Source: Candidatus Sericytochromatia bacterium (lineage in GTDB: Bacteria > Cyanobacteriota > Sericytochromatia > UBA7694). Taken from it: 64,000 nt of DNA. A program made the position numbers and the translations under genes. Positions 47,493 to 56,642 of this stretch are shown here, in pieces. The notes below the pieces were generated by a model. That model did no database searches, was not told the origin of the DNA, and worked only from the letters and a program-made list of their open reading frames with translations. The stretch covers positions 171,074-235,073 of the forward strand of contig CAWCRG010000017.1 of NCBI GenBank assembly GCA_963797915.1, read 5' to 3'. Numbering within the stretch: position 1 is the stretch's first letter; each line of letters opens with the position of its first letter.

Positions 47493-49562
47493 TTACTTGG
47501 GTTCTAAAAGTAGCCGTACCCCTAAGTTAGAGGCTTTGTAGCTGGCTGATTCGTAATTTCGGCTTTTGACAGTACAATAATTGGCGCCTAAATTCCAGCT
47601 GCCACCGCGCATGACACGAGAGTTACCCCGGTCCGGGCCTTTGGGGTTCTCAAAGTCGCCAATAGGAAAGGCTCCGAATCGGTCGGCAATCCATTCCCAT
47701 ACATTGCCGTGCATATCGTATAAGCCAAAGCGATTGGGGCGTTTGAGGCCTACCGCGTGAGGGCGACCCTGGGCGTTGGCATCATACCAGGCAAAGTCTT
47801 GTAAGCGGTTTTCGTCGTTGCCAAAGCTATAGCGATCGTCAAAATCTTCTCCAGAGCAGGCAAAGAACCATTCAGCCTCGGTGGGCAAGCGATAAAAGCC
47901 TTCATTGAGCATATTCAGTCGCTGTGTAAAGCTGGCGATATCGTCCCAGGAGATTTGTTCTACCGGCTGCCAGTCATCGCCCTGAAATTGGGCGGGGTTA
48001 TTGCCCATGACAACACGCCACTGGCCCTGGGTAATTTGTGTGGTTTGCAAATAGTAAGGGCGGGTCAACTGAACATTATAGGGGCGGTGTTCGGTGCCTA
48101 GATTAAAGGTAATAAACTCGGCTTTGCCGGTTTTATTGAGCAAAAATGGCTTTACCAGCACAAACTCCATGCCCAAAGAGTTGCGAATACGGGGGGCTAA
48201 GGCATTGCTGTCTTCGGCCTGTACATTACTTCTCTGGGCGTTGCTTGATGGGCTCTGACTTTTGGGGGCTTCCATGCGCTGTTTAACGATTCGTTCACGA
48301 GAAGACGCATCAGCGGTGGGCGTTTCGGGCAGCTTATGTAAGGGAGCTGACTCCGTTTTGATGGCAGCCCGCCGATCTGATCCGGTCATGAGCAAGGCTT
48401 GTTCAATCAGTTCGTTCACCTGTTCGGTGTTAAGGCCAATAAACTTGGCGGCTTCGTGTACTTCTTGCTCATGCTCTGGGGTGAGCAGGCGCAGTGTCAA
48501 TCGGGGTAAAATTGCGCTGCGCAAAAACGCCATACCCATTTCTTTTTGTAGTTCTTCGGCTTTGAGCTCTACGGTTTGGGTAAAGTTGCGCTCCAGCATC
48601 ATACGCCAATGTGATACGGTTTCTGGACGACTGCTCCATTTGACTTCTAAGCCTTTGAGCAACCATTCTTCTTCGCGCGGCGGAATATCAATGCCTTTTT
48701 CGGATGGGCGAATCAGCTCACATTCTCCCATGGCGCGATCCTGGGGCACAGGAGGCGTTTCACCCATTAGCGCATAGTACATGGTGGCTGCCAGCGAGTA
48801 AATGTCGGTCCAGGGGCCCTGAATGCCGTTAGAGGAGTATTGCTCGGCAGGGGCAAATCCGGGGGTCACAAAGGCCAGTAAATTGGTGGTGGCCCCTGAC
48901 ATATGTTGACGGGCAGCGCCAAAGTCCAGCAGAATCGGGGTTTTGTTTTGAGAAATGTAGATGTTTTCTGGCTTAATATCGCGGTGGTAACACTGTTTGG
49001 AGTGAACTTCTTCTAAAGCGCCTAAAATGGGCAGGAGCAAGGCTTTGGTTTCTTCCCAGCTGAGCTGCCCCCCTTTTTTCATAATGTACTCTTTCAGCGT
49101 GTTGCCTTCGAGGTACTCCATAATAAAATAGGCGGTGTTGGCATTTTCAATGAACTGACGAATGCGAATAATATTGGGGTTGCGTAAGGTCGCCAGTAAG
49201 CGGGCTTCGGCGATAAATTTGTCTTTTCCCAGCTGAAAGAGGGTTTCTCGTTCGCCTTCATAGGGGATCACATTTTCGCCGTCCGGGGCTCGGTTGGCAA
49301 ACTCTGCGGGAAAATACTCTTTAATGGCCACCCGTGTACCCAGGCTGCGATCGTAGGCCAAATAGGTAATGGCAAAGCCCCCATGGCCCAATACACGACC
49401 GAGAATGTACTGCTGAATGCGGTAAGGCGGGCGTATATAGGTAGGGTTATATTTACTGGGCTGAAGGTATTGGCAATTTTCGCACAACATTTGCTCCGCT
49501 TCCATAATGCGGAAGCAGTTGAGACAGTATTTCTTTTGTGCTTTTTCAGGTGGGCTCATCAC
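47493..49562 (-). CDS. Ser/Thr protein kinase with N-terminal zinc ribbon and C-terminal formylglycine-generating-enzyme (FGE/SUMF1) domain
   Basis: CLNCF...CENCQY zinc ribbon. Kinase subdomains (GRVLGHGGFAITYLAYD...VAIKEY; HRDIKPENIY; DFGAAR). C-terminal FGE-sulfatase motifs (RLPTEAEWFFA...GLYDMHGNVWEWIADRF...GGSW). Confidence 0.8.
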   Translation of the reverse strand: MMSPPEKAQKKYCLNCFRIMEAEQMLCENCQYLQPSKYNPTYIRPPYRIQQYILGRVLGHGGFAITYLAYDRSLGTRVAIKEYFPAEFANRAPDGENVIPYEGERETLFQLGKDKFIAEARLLATLRNPNIIRIRQFIENANTAYFIMEYLEGNTLKEYIMKKGGQLSWEETKALLLPILGALEEVHSKQCYHRDIKPENIYISQNKTPILLDFGAARQHMSGATTNLLAFVTPGFAPAEQYSSNGIQGPWTDIYSLAATMYYALMGETPPVPQDRAMGECELIRPSEKGIDIPPREEEWLLKGLEVKWSSRPETVSHWRMMLERNFTQTVELKAEELQKEMGMAFLRSAILPRLTLRLLTPEHEQEVHEAAKFIGLNTEQVNELIEQALLMTGSDRRAAIKTESAPLHKLPETPTADASSRERIVKQRMEAPKSQSPSSNAQRSNVQAEDSNALAPRIRNSLGMEFVLVKPFLLNKTGKAEFITFNLGTEHRPYNVQLTRPYYLQTTQITQGQWRVVMGNNPAQFQGDDWQPVEQISWDDIASFTQRLNMLNEGFYRLPTEAEWFFACSGEDFDDRYSFGNDENRLQDFAWYDANAQGRPHAVGLKRPNRFGLYDMHGNVWEWIADRFGAFPIGDFENPKGPDRGNSRVMRGGSWNLGANYCTVKSRNYESASYKASNLGVRLLLEPK

Positions 49563-49621
49563 AAAAATTGCTCCATTACTTTATGATAACAGACCTCTAA
49601 TTTTACTGTGTATTTTAGCAT

Positions 49622-51457
49622 TTACCGTTGGTTGATTTTATTTAAGAGCCAAAGCCCTAAAATAATCGTCAGGGCAAAAAAGCCAATGCTCACCAGCGGG
49701 GTTCCAAAAATACTGGGACCTTGACGAATCTGTAAACTCAGGGCAGAGGCAATAATTAACCCACAGACGATCATGCCGGCGGCCAGCTGGTTTCCTAGCC
49801 GCTGCAGGCCTGACTCCAGACCTTCGAGATTGCGGTGTTCCGTAATGGTTTGTAGGCGCCCAGAGTTCAGGTTCACAAAAAAATCATCCAGTTGTCGGGG
49901 CAGGCTATTAATGAGTTGGGTCAGTTCTAAGCCCACGCGCGCCATGTCCCGCAGGGTAAAGGTCTGCACAAACTGGTTTTTAATGGCCTCAACCACAAAG
50001 GGCTCGGCGGCCTTAATCAATACGTACTCCTGATCCAGCTGGCGACAAATGCCTTCAATGGTAATCAGTACCCGAATGAGGGTAATAAAGATACCCGGCA
50101 GCTGAATGCGATAACGCAGGGTCATGTCCAGAATATCTTGCAGGATTTTACCCACCTGGACTTCTTTGATGGGCTTGCCCAGGGTGCTGCGCAATACGTG
50201 GTCAAGATCCTGTGAGAAGGCGTGACGATCAATATTTGCTGGGGCTTTGCCAAATTCTAAAATGCGGTCGGTGGCGCGGCGGGAGTCAAATTGAATAATC
50301 GCCAATAAAAAGTCGATGAGAATACTGCGCGAGCGGGGGTCAATGCGGCCCACCATACCAAAGTCTAAAAGCACCAGCTGCATGTGACCCGCTTTATAAT
50401 CGGGCTGGAGCAACATATTGCCTGGATGGGGGTCCGCGTGAAAGAAGCCATCAATAAAGACCTGATGTAAAAATGCGTTGGTAATAATTTGGGCCAGTCG
50501 CTTGCGTTCGCGACTCATTTCGTCCCGCTTATTCCCCGGTTTACGCTGTTGGTACTGTAAAATTTGATCGATTTGTTGAATAAAAAACAGCTCGATCTTT
50601 TCGCCTTCAATAAAGGCCATGGTCATCATGCGTTGGCTGGTGTAATCCCAGTGGATTTGGGCTGTTTTAATGTCTTTTTCGGAGTAAAAATGGCTCAGGT
50701 TTTCTTTAATGGTCTCGGTGTTTTCGGCTTCTTGTATAAAGTCGAGCTCGTTGCGAATAACGCTGGCAAACTCATCGACCATGGCCATAAAGTTATAGTC
50801 TTTGCCCCAGCTGGTGCGCTCCACCAGGCCCACAATATCTTTAAGGATTTTAATATCGGCATCAACGATGGGAAGAAGTCCTGGGCGTTGAACTTTGACA
50901 ACCACCGGCACCGCTTTGCCTTCGTCCAGAATGCTGGCGCGATAGGCTTGTCCCAGCGATCCTGCGGCCAAAGGTACTGTATCGAAGTCGGTGAAGATGT
51001 CGTGGACTGAGGTGGCAATTTTTAGGGCGTTTTGCGGGTTTTGCAAATTCAGCAGCCGTTGACGGGTGTTCCATTCTTGCAAAATGACGGGCTCCATTAA
51101 AGCCCAGGGAACTGCACTCACCTGTTCTTGAAGCTTTTTTAACTCCAGAATATAGCTTTCGGGCAGTAAGTCTGCACGGGTGCTTAGCACTTGTCCGAGT
51201 TTTACAAACGTAGGGCCAAGTTCTTCAAGGGTTTTACGCACCGCCTGAGGAACGGGCAGCAGAGGGCTATTGTCCTCTTCTTCGAGCAGAGACTGCTTCA
51301 TTACCTTTTGTCGCCAGCCGCCGGGAATAATTTCTAACAGTCCCAGCCGCCGGACCAGGACGTCCCAGCCGTTTTGCAATAAAATAGCGGCGATTTCGAC
51401 GCGCCGTTGGTTTCCGGTCAGGGGGTCTTCTACAGGAAGGTCGTAGGGTTTTACCAT
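49622..51457 (-). CDS. ABC1/UbiB-family atypical kinase with C-terminal TM helices
   Basis: ELGPTFVKLGQVLSTRADLLPESYILELKKLQEQV, the ABC1 kinase catalytic motifs (HADPHPGN) and 2 C-terminal TM helices. Confidence 0.8.
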   Translation of the reverse strand: MVKPYDLPVEDPLTGNQRRVEIAAILLQNGWDVLVRRLGLLEIIPGGWRQKVMKQSLLEEEDNSPLLPVPQAVRKTLEELGPTFVKLGQVLSTRADLLPESYILELKKLQEQVSAVPWALMEPVILQEWNTRQRLLNLQNPQNALKIATSVHDIFTDFDTVPLAAGSLGQAYRASILDEGKAVPVVVKVQRPGLLPIVDADIKILKDIVGLVERTSWGKDYNFMAMVDEFASVIRNELDFIQEAENTETIKENLSHFYSEKDIKTAQIHWDYTSQRMMTMAFIEGEKIELFFIQQIDQILQYQQRKPGNKRDEMSRERKRLAQIITNAFLHQVFIDGFFHADPHPGNMLLQPDYKAGHMQLVLLDFGMVGRIDPRSRSILIDFLLAIIQFDSRRATDRILEFGKAPANIDRHAFSQDLDHVLRSTLGKPIKEVQVGKILQDILDMTLRYRIQLPGIFITLIRVLITIEGICRQLDQEYVLIKAAEPFVVEAIKNQFVQTFTLRDMARVGLELTQLINSLPRQLDDFFVNLNSGRLQTITEHRNLEGLESGLQRLGNQLAAGMIVCGLIIASALSLQIRQGPSIFGTPLVSIGFFALTIILGLWLLNKINQR

Positions 51458-51458
51458 G

Positions 51459-51701
51459 TTAAAGGTGCCAGTAGCGATCCTCTGTGCTCTGAGGCCAGCG
51501 ATTTAACTGCTCACTGCGGGCCGCTTGAATCCAGGGTATGGGTTTCTTCGGCAATGCCAACGCCGAGTGAGCAGCGTCAGGAGATACACGCATTGCATGT
51601 ATCCGCGCTAAAATAAGCGCCTGTTCTTCGTCGCTGGGGTTTCCTTTAATCACGACCCGTTGAAGCTTATTGCTCTCGTCTATTGCTGTCAGGGGCTTCA
51701 C
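51459..51701 (-). CDS. small protein coupled to the carboxyltransferase gene; possibly an acyl-CoA carboxylase epsilon-like subunit
   Basis: An 80-aa ORF overlapping the pccB-like stop by 4 nt. It has weak resemblance to ACC epsilon peptides (A/L-rich core, conserved W). Confidence 0.25.
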   Translation of the reverse strand: MKPLTAIDESNKLQRVVIKGNPSDEEQALILARIHAMRVSPDAAHSALALPKKPIPWIQAARSEQLNRWPQSTEDRYWHL

Positions 51702-53251
51702 AGGGGAATGTTTCCGTGTTTGCGTCGCGGGGCTTGCTCGCGTTTGCTGCGATTCATGGCCAGTGCTTGAATGAGACAGCGGCGCGTTTCAGAAGGCATA
51801 ATGACATCATCAACATAACCCCGTTGTGCGGCGATATAAGGGTTAGCAAAGGTTTCTTTGTACGCATCGGTGAGAACTTTTGTGGCCGCCACAGGATCTT
51901 CTGCTTCAGCAATTTCTTTGCGGGAAATAATTTGGACTGCGCCCTGGGGACCCATTACGGCGATTTCAGCAGTCGGCCAGGCGAAGTTCATATCGGCATG
52001 AAGGTGTTTACTACACATGACGTCATAAGCGCCGCCGTAGGCCTTGCGAGTAATGAGGGTGATTTTGGGAACGGTTGCTTCAGCATAGGCATAAAGTAAC
52101 TTAGCGCCGTGGCGGATGATGCCGCCGTACTCCTGGTCTTTGCCCGGTAGAAAACCGGGGACGTCAACGAGGGTAATGAGGGGAATATTAAACGCGTCGC
52201 AGAAGCGCACAAAACGTCCGCCTTTGACTGATGCGTTAATATCGAGTACGCCTGCCAGCGCTAAGGGTTGGTTGGCGACAATGCCCACCGATTGACCATT
52301 CATACGGGCAAAGCCCGTGAGTAAATTCGGGGCATATTCGGGTTGGATTTCAAAGAACTCTCCGTCATCCACCAGGCTTTCAAGAACAGTATGCATATCG
52401 TAGGGTTTATTGGGATTATCGGGAATAAAGGTATTCAGGCTTTCGTCTTCGCGATCGATGGGGTCTGTACACGGCGTTTCTGGGCTGCCTGAAAGATTAT
52501 TTGCCGGTAGAAAGCTCATCAGGTAACGAACATGTTCCAGGCAGCTGGCTTCGTCAGGATACGTGAGATGAGCCACGCCGCTAATGCTGGCATGGGTGTG
52601 AGCGCCGCCGAGATCTTCAAAGCTAATTTCTTCGCCGGTGACGGTTTTAACCACGTCAGGCCCGGTGATAAACATATGGCTGGTGTTCTCTACCATAAAG
52701 GTAAAGTCGGTGAGCGCGGGTGAGTATACGGCACCACCGGCACAGGGACCCATAATCACCGAAATCTGTGGAATAACCCCCGAGGCTTGCACATTGCGAT
52801 AAAAAATATCAGCGTATCCCGCCAGCGAAACAACGCCTTCTTGAATGCGTGCCCCGCCAGAATCGTTGATGCCAATGAGCGGGGTTCCGTTTTGCACGGC
52901 AAGATCCATGATTTTGCAGATTTTTTCTGCAAAGACTTCTCCAAGAGAGCCGCCAAAAGCGGTGAAATCGTGAGAAAAAACATAGACAGGCTTGCCTTCA
53001 ATTTTTCCCCAGCCGGTAATCACGCCGTCGCCTTCGATTTTTTTGTTTTCCATGCCGAAGTGGTTGCAGCGGTGCACAGAGAACTTGTCAAATTCGACGA
53101 AACTTCCGGGGTCTAGCAATAGGTCCAAGCGCTCACGGGCGGTTTTTTTACCGCGCGCATGCTGCTTCTCAATCGCTGCCGGCTGTCCTTTTAGAATATC
53201 TGCGTGTTTTTGTTTTAGAACTTCAATTTTTGCAGCAGTGGAATCTGTCAT
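51698..53251 (-). CDS. acyl-CoA carboxylase carboxyltransferase (beta) subunit, PccB/AccD5-like
   Basis: Full-length CoA carboxyltransferase N and C domains. The N-terminus [18 protein letters not shown]...[26 protein letters not shown] is characteristic of PccB. Confidence 0.85.
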   Translation of the reverse strand: MTDSTAAKIEVLKQKHADILKGQPAAIEKQHARGKKTARERLDLLLDPGSFVEFDKFSVHRCNHFGMENKKIEGDGVITGWGKIEGKPVYVFSHDFTAFGGSLGEVFAEKICKIMDLAVQNGTPLIGINDSGGARIQEGVVSLAGYADIFYRNVQASGVIPQISVIMGPCAGGAVYSPALTDFTFMVENTSHMFITGPDVVKTVTGEEISFEDLGGAHTHASISGVAHLTYPDEASCLEHVRYLMSFLPANNLSGSPETPCTDPIDREDESLNTFIPDNPNKPYDMHTVLESLVDDGEFFEIQPEYAPNLLTGFARMNGQSVGIVANQPLALAGVLDINASVKGGRFVRFCDAFNIPLITLVDVPGFLPGKDQEYGGIIRHGAKLLYAYAEATVPKITLITRKAYGGAYDVMCSKHLHADMNFAWPTAEIAVMGPQGAVQIISRKEIAEAEDPVAATKVLTDAYKETFANPYIAAQRGYVDDVIMPSETRRCLIQALAMNRSKREQAPRRKHGNIPL

Positions 53252-53338
53252 TCGGAATCTCTTTCTTGGTCAGGCTCTTGCTTCAAGATGTTGTTTGAAG
53301 TATTGTACAGCAACACCATACAGCAACACCAATCCCAA

Positions 53339-53735
53339 TGTGAAACGAGAGAAAAAGTATCTTGTGAAAGCTCTTTTCTGTTTATTACTCATCCTTCTTA
53401 TGCCTGCCTGTGCGAGTGTTGCCTCCGGGCCTGCTCCCGCAGATCATAGCGATACACCGCAATGGTTGCAACAAGCCTTTCCCGCTGCGCAGATTACGGC
53501 TGTGACTTATTACACATCGCCCCAGCATGAGCAAGAGGGGCAAAAACGATTAAAGGGAGCGGAGCTTATTTTTGAAGCCGTACAGGATATCACCGCCTTA
53601 CGTCTGGACATTCAAAATACGTTGATTGACTCCCTCACAAAACGCAATCACCCGGAGGGGAATTGTGTTCAGGTAGAACACACCCTCCGGGCGAAAAAAA
53701 ATATTTTTAAAGTGCTTGTGGTGTGTGTTAACTAA
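53339..53735 (+). CDS. small lipoprotein, hypothetical (GTG start)
   Basis: Lipobox LLMPAC after a K-rich n-region. The track ORF is 5'-extended across the promoter and convergent end of pccB; I reject that extension. Confidence 0.35.
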
Positions 53736-53741
53736 TGTCTG

Positions 53742-54548
53742 TTAACGAACCACGAAGTTAGCAAAAGCTGTTTGAGACTCCTGATGTAAGGTGCGCAGCA
53801 GGCGACTCATGGTGTCAAGCGTGCTTTGGGCACGCTGTAACTGTTCCTGGATGGCCCCTGCAGACGCGCCTTGCTTATCTCTAAAAGAAATGAGTCCCAC
53901 GGGGCGGGTGTACATTTCTTCAGTGATGTTTCCCGGTAGAAAAGCCGCGTTGGGAGTATAGGTGTTCGTAGCGGCATTATAAGCACCGGCAGGAAATCCG
54001 TTGCCGTCAGCGGCAAACTCCCAATGGCGATAGGGGCCGTTGGCTGCGTTTGCACTAGGGGGTGGCTCATTACCTCTGAGCTCTAAAATATCGTAGACAA
54101 TGCCGTCTGCTTTGACAATATAACGCGGGGTGCTGGAGTAATCAAAATCGGGGTTGGTGGGGTCGATGATGCCGTTAATGCGGGCGTCTTCAATGGTGAT
54201 GATTCCCTTGCCGTCGTAGCGCTGCATGGTGAAAATGGGGCCGTCAGAGGTCATTGTTTTAACTGCTCCCACGGGGTCTCCTTCTAAAGGACTGTAGTCA
54301 GCGCCAAAACCGCCGGTGTTGCCCGCGATTCCAGGTACTTGAGGTTGTCCAGCAACCGTGGTTCGTTGAGCCTGGGTGAGGCGCATGGATTGACCACTGC
54401 GATTTCCCATATAGCCACCATTCATCGGTTGAGAAGGGTTGTTGATGTTCACCAATACCGGGAAAAACAGCTGATCGGCTAGTTCTAGACGCATACGGTG
54501 AGCGGCACCGATGCCGAGTTTTGCTAAGTTATTGGTGGGTGTAATCAT
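53742..54548 (-). CDS. Gly/Asn/Pro-rich hypothetical protein
   Basis: A 268-aa ORF with no signal peptide and no confident family assignment. Confidence 0.3.
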   Translation of the reverse strand: MITPTNNLAKLGIGAAHRMRLELADQLFFPVLVNINNPSQPMNGGYMGNRSGQSMRLTQAQRTTVAGQPQVPGIAGNTGGFGADYSPLEGDPVGAVKTMTSDGPIFTMQRYDGKGIITIEDARINGIIDPTNPDFDYSSTPRYIVKADGIVYDILELRGNEPPPSANAANGPYRHWEFAADGNGFPAGAYNAATNTYTPNAAFLPGNITEEMYTRPVGLISFRDKQGASAGAIQEQLQRAQSTLDTMSRLLRTLHQESQTAFANFVVR

Positions 54549-54719
54549 AATTTTAACCTATTTATAGATAGAGTTCTGGATGTTTTACTTATACGGGTGA
54601 GTATTGTGGGGCTTGTGTCGTTGGACCGCTTTTTAAAGAACATTTAATAATTAGCCATGCGATGGGATTTAGCGATGGTATAATGCCCCCTAATTATTTA
54701 AGTATAGGACAACACTATT

Positions 54720-55817
54720 ATGAGTCTCGGTATTGGCATTGTAGGCCTTCCCAACGTAGGCAAATCCACCCTTTTTAATGCAATTACAAAAGCAGGTGCA
54801 GTGGCCGCAAATTTTCCTTTCGCCACCATTGATAAAAACGTAGGCATGGTAGCGGTTCCTGATGATCGCCTTCCCAAACTCCAGGCACTCTATGCCAAAG
54901 GCGAGCGCATACCCACCATTATTCCTGCTTCGGTAGAATTTGTGGATATTGCAGGGCTTGTGCGCGGTGCTCATAAGGGTGAAGGGCTGGGCAATCAATT
55001 TTTATCGCATATTCGTGAAGTTGATGCCATTGCCCACGTGGTGCGTTGTTTTGACGACGGTCAGGTGGTGCACGTTGATGGCTCCGTGGATCCTCTACGG
55101 GATATCGAAACCATTAATTTAGAGCTGATTTTAGCCGATTTGGCCACGCTAGAAAAGCGCCTGGAACGCATGAAGAAAAACACCAAAGGCAAATCTAAAG
55201 ATGATGAAGCCAGACAGGCGTTGGCCGAAGCCATTTGTGCCACCCTTGCTGAAGGCAAGCCCGTACGGTCTGAAGAATATGACATGCCGATTCCCAAGGA
55301 TTTTGGGCTGGTGACCGATAAGCCCGTCATCTATGTGGCCAACGTTGCTGAAGAAAATCTGCTGGAAGACAATGATATGGTGAGAGTGGTGCGTGATCAT
55401 GCCGCCACTGAAGGCCATGACGTGATTAAAATATCGGCGCAAATTGAATCGGAACTGGCCACTCTGGAAGCTGAAGAGGCACAAGAGTTTTTAGCAGAGC
55501 TGGGTGTGAAAGAGCCCGGACTCAATCTGCTTATTCGCAAAGGCTATGAGATCTTAGGGCTGATTACCTTTATTACTGCTGGAGAAAAAGAAACCCACGC
55601 CTGGACCGTGCTGGGAAACAGCAAAGCACCGGTGGCGGCAGGGAAAATTCACACTGATTTTGAGCGCGGTTTTATTCGCGCTGAGGTGGTTTCTACCGTA
55701 CAACTGCTCGAAGCCGGATCCTATGCCGAGGCCCGCTCCAAAGGTTGGGTGCGTACCGAGGGCAAAGAATATATTGTTCAAGACGGCGACATTCTCAATA
55801 TTTTATCAAATGCTTAA
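54720..55817 (+). CDS. ychF: ribosome-binding ATPase YchF (Obg-family)
   Basis: GIVGLPNVGKSTLFNAIT G1 motif, a TGS domain at the C-terminus, 365 aa. A candidate TATAAT lies about 30 nt upstream. Confidence 0.9.
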   Translation: MSLGIGIVGLPNVGKSTLFNAITKAGAVAANFPFATIDKNVGMVAVPDDRLPKLQALYAKGERIPTIIPASVEFVDIAGLVRGAHKGEGLGNQFLSHIREVDAIAHVVRCFDDGQVVHVDGSVDPLRDIETINLELILADLATLEKRLERMKKNTKGKSKDDEARQALAEAICATLAEGKPVRSEEYDMPIPKDFGLVTDKPVIYVANVAEENLLEDNDMVRVVRDHAATEGHDVIKISAQIESELATLEAEEAQEFLAELGVKEPGLNLLIRKGYEILGLITFITAGEKETHAWTVLGNSKAPVAAGKIHTDFERGFIRAEVVSTVQLLEAGSYAEARSKGWVRTEGKEYIVQDGDILNILSNA

Positions 55818-55820
55818 AGC

Positions 55821-56642
55821 GTGGTGTCAATGACTGAAGTGCTGTCCAACTGGGAGTACAGGGCCGGCGCGATTTATGTAGCGCTTGTTCCTCTGCCTGA
55901 CGCCTGTTGGGCGGTGCGTCATTGGCAAGGGGTAGAGACCAGCTCTTTCCTTGAACAACAGATGCTGATTCGGGCCCTGGTCCAGTGTTTACAGCAAAGA
56001 GACACTACTTTGATGGTAGACAGTCACCGTTCTGCAGCCGTTTTACGGTGGTTGTTAAACCACGATTTTATACCCAGACGCTGTAAGCACCTCTACGAAA
56101 AAATGGCGACATCTTCTGGCTTTGCGCTTCCGGTAGCGACTGACGAAGCGGTTTCTTTTACGCCTTTGGCATATAAAACACTTGCAGAACTCGGAGAAAA
56201 AGCATTTTTGGCTTATCTGACCGCTGCGGCTACCGATGATCCAGAGGGGTCTGCGGCAGAGAATCCTGAGCAGGAGTTTCAGGAGCTTTTGGCCCATGCT
56301 GGAGACGCTTTTCGTCCAGAGCAGTGGTTTGTGGTTTTTGATAGCGCCGACTCGCCCACGTCACGGGCGGTGGGTGTTCTGCTACCGCAACAGTTTTCAG
56401 ATAAGCCCAGCGAAGGGACGCTCTCCTATCTTGGCGTTATGCCTGATTTTCGTGGACAAGGATACGGTGCGCGTTTACACCAAAGGGGACTGGACCTGTT
56501 GTTTTCGTGGGGCGTTAAGCGCTACATCGGCTCCACCGGTCAAACAAATCTTGCCATGCAGCGGGTGTTTGAAAAAAATGCGTGCACCCTGTTGGGCAAA
56601 CGTTATTTTTTAACCCGTAAAACCGTTGAGCGGGCTGAGTAA
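55821..56642 (+). CDS. GNAT-family N-acetyltransferase
   Basis: The C-terminal GNAT core (YLGVMPDFRGQGYGARLHQRGLDLL) is present. Confidence 0.5.
   Translation: MVSMTEVLSNWEYRAGAIYVALVPLPDACWAVRHWQGVETSSFLEQQMLIRALVQCLQQRDTTLMVDSHRSAAVLRWLLNHDFIPRRCKHLYEKMATSSGFALPVATDEAVSFTPLAYKTLAELGEKAFLAYLTAAATDDPEGSAAENPEQEFQELLAHAGDAFRPEQWFVVFDSADSPTSRAVGVLLPQQFSDKPSEGTLSYLGVMPDFRGQGYGARLHQRGLDLLFSWGVKRYIGSTGQTNLAMQRVFEKNACTLLGKRYFLTRKTVERAE

Noticed and set aside
52992-53338. 5' part of ORF 52992-53735 overlapping the pccB-like gene on the opposite strand
   Set aside because: The only convincing part is the lipoprotein starting at GTG 53339. The upstream stretch runs antisense through the pccB start and promoter.
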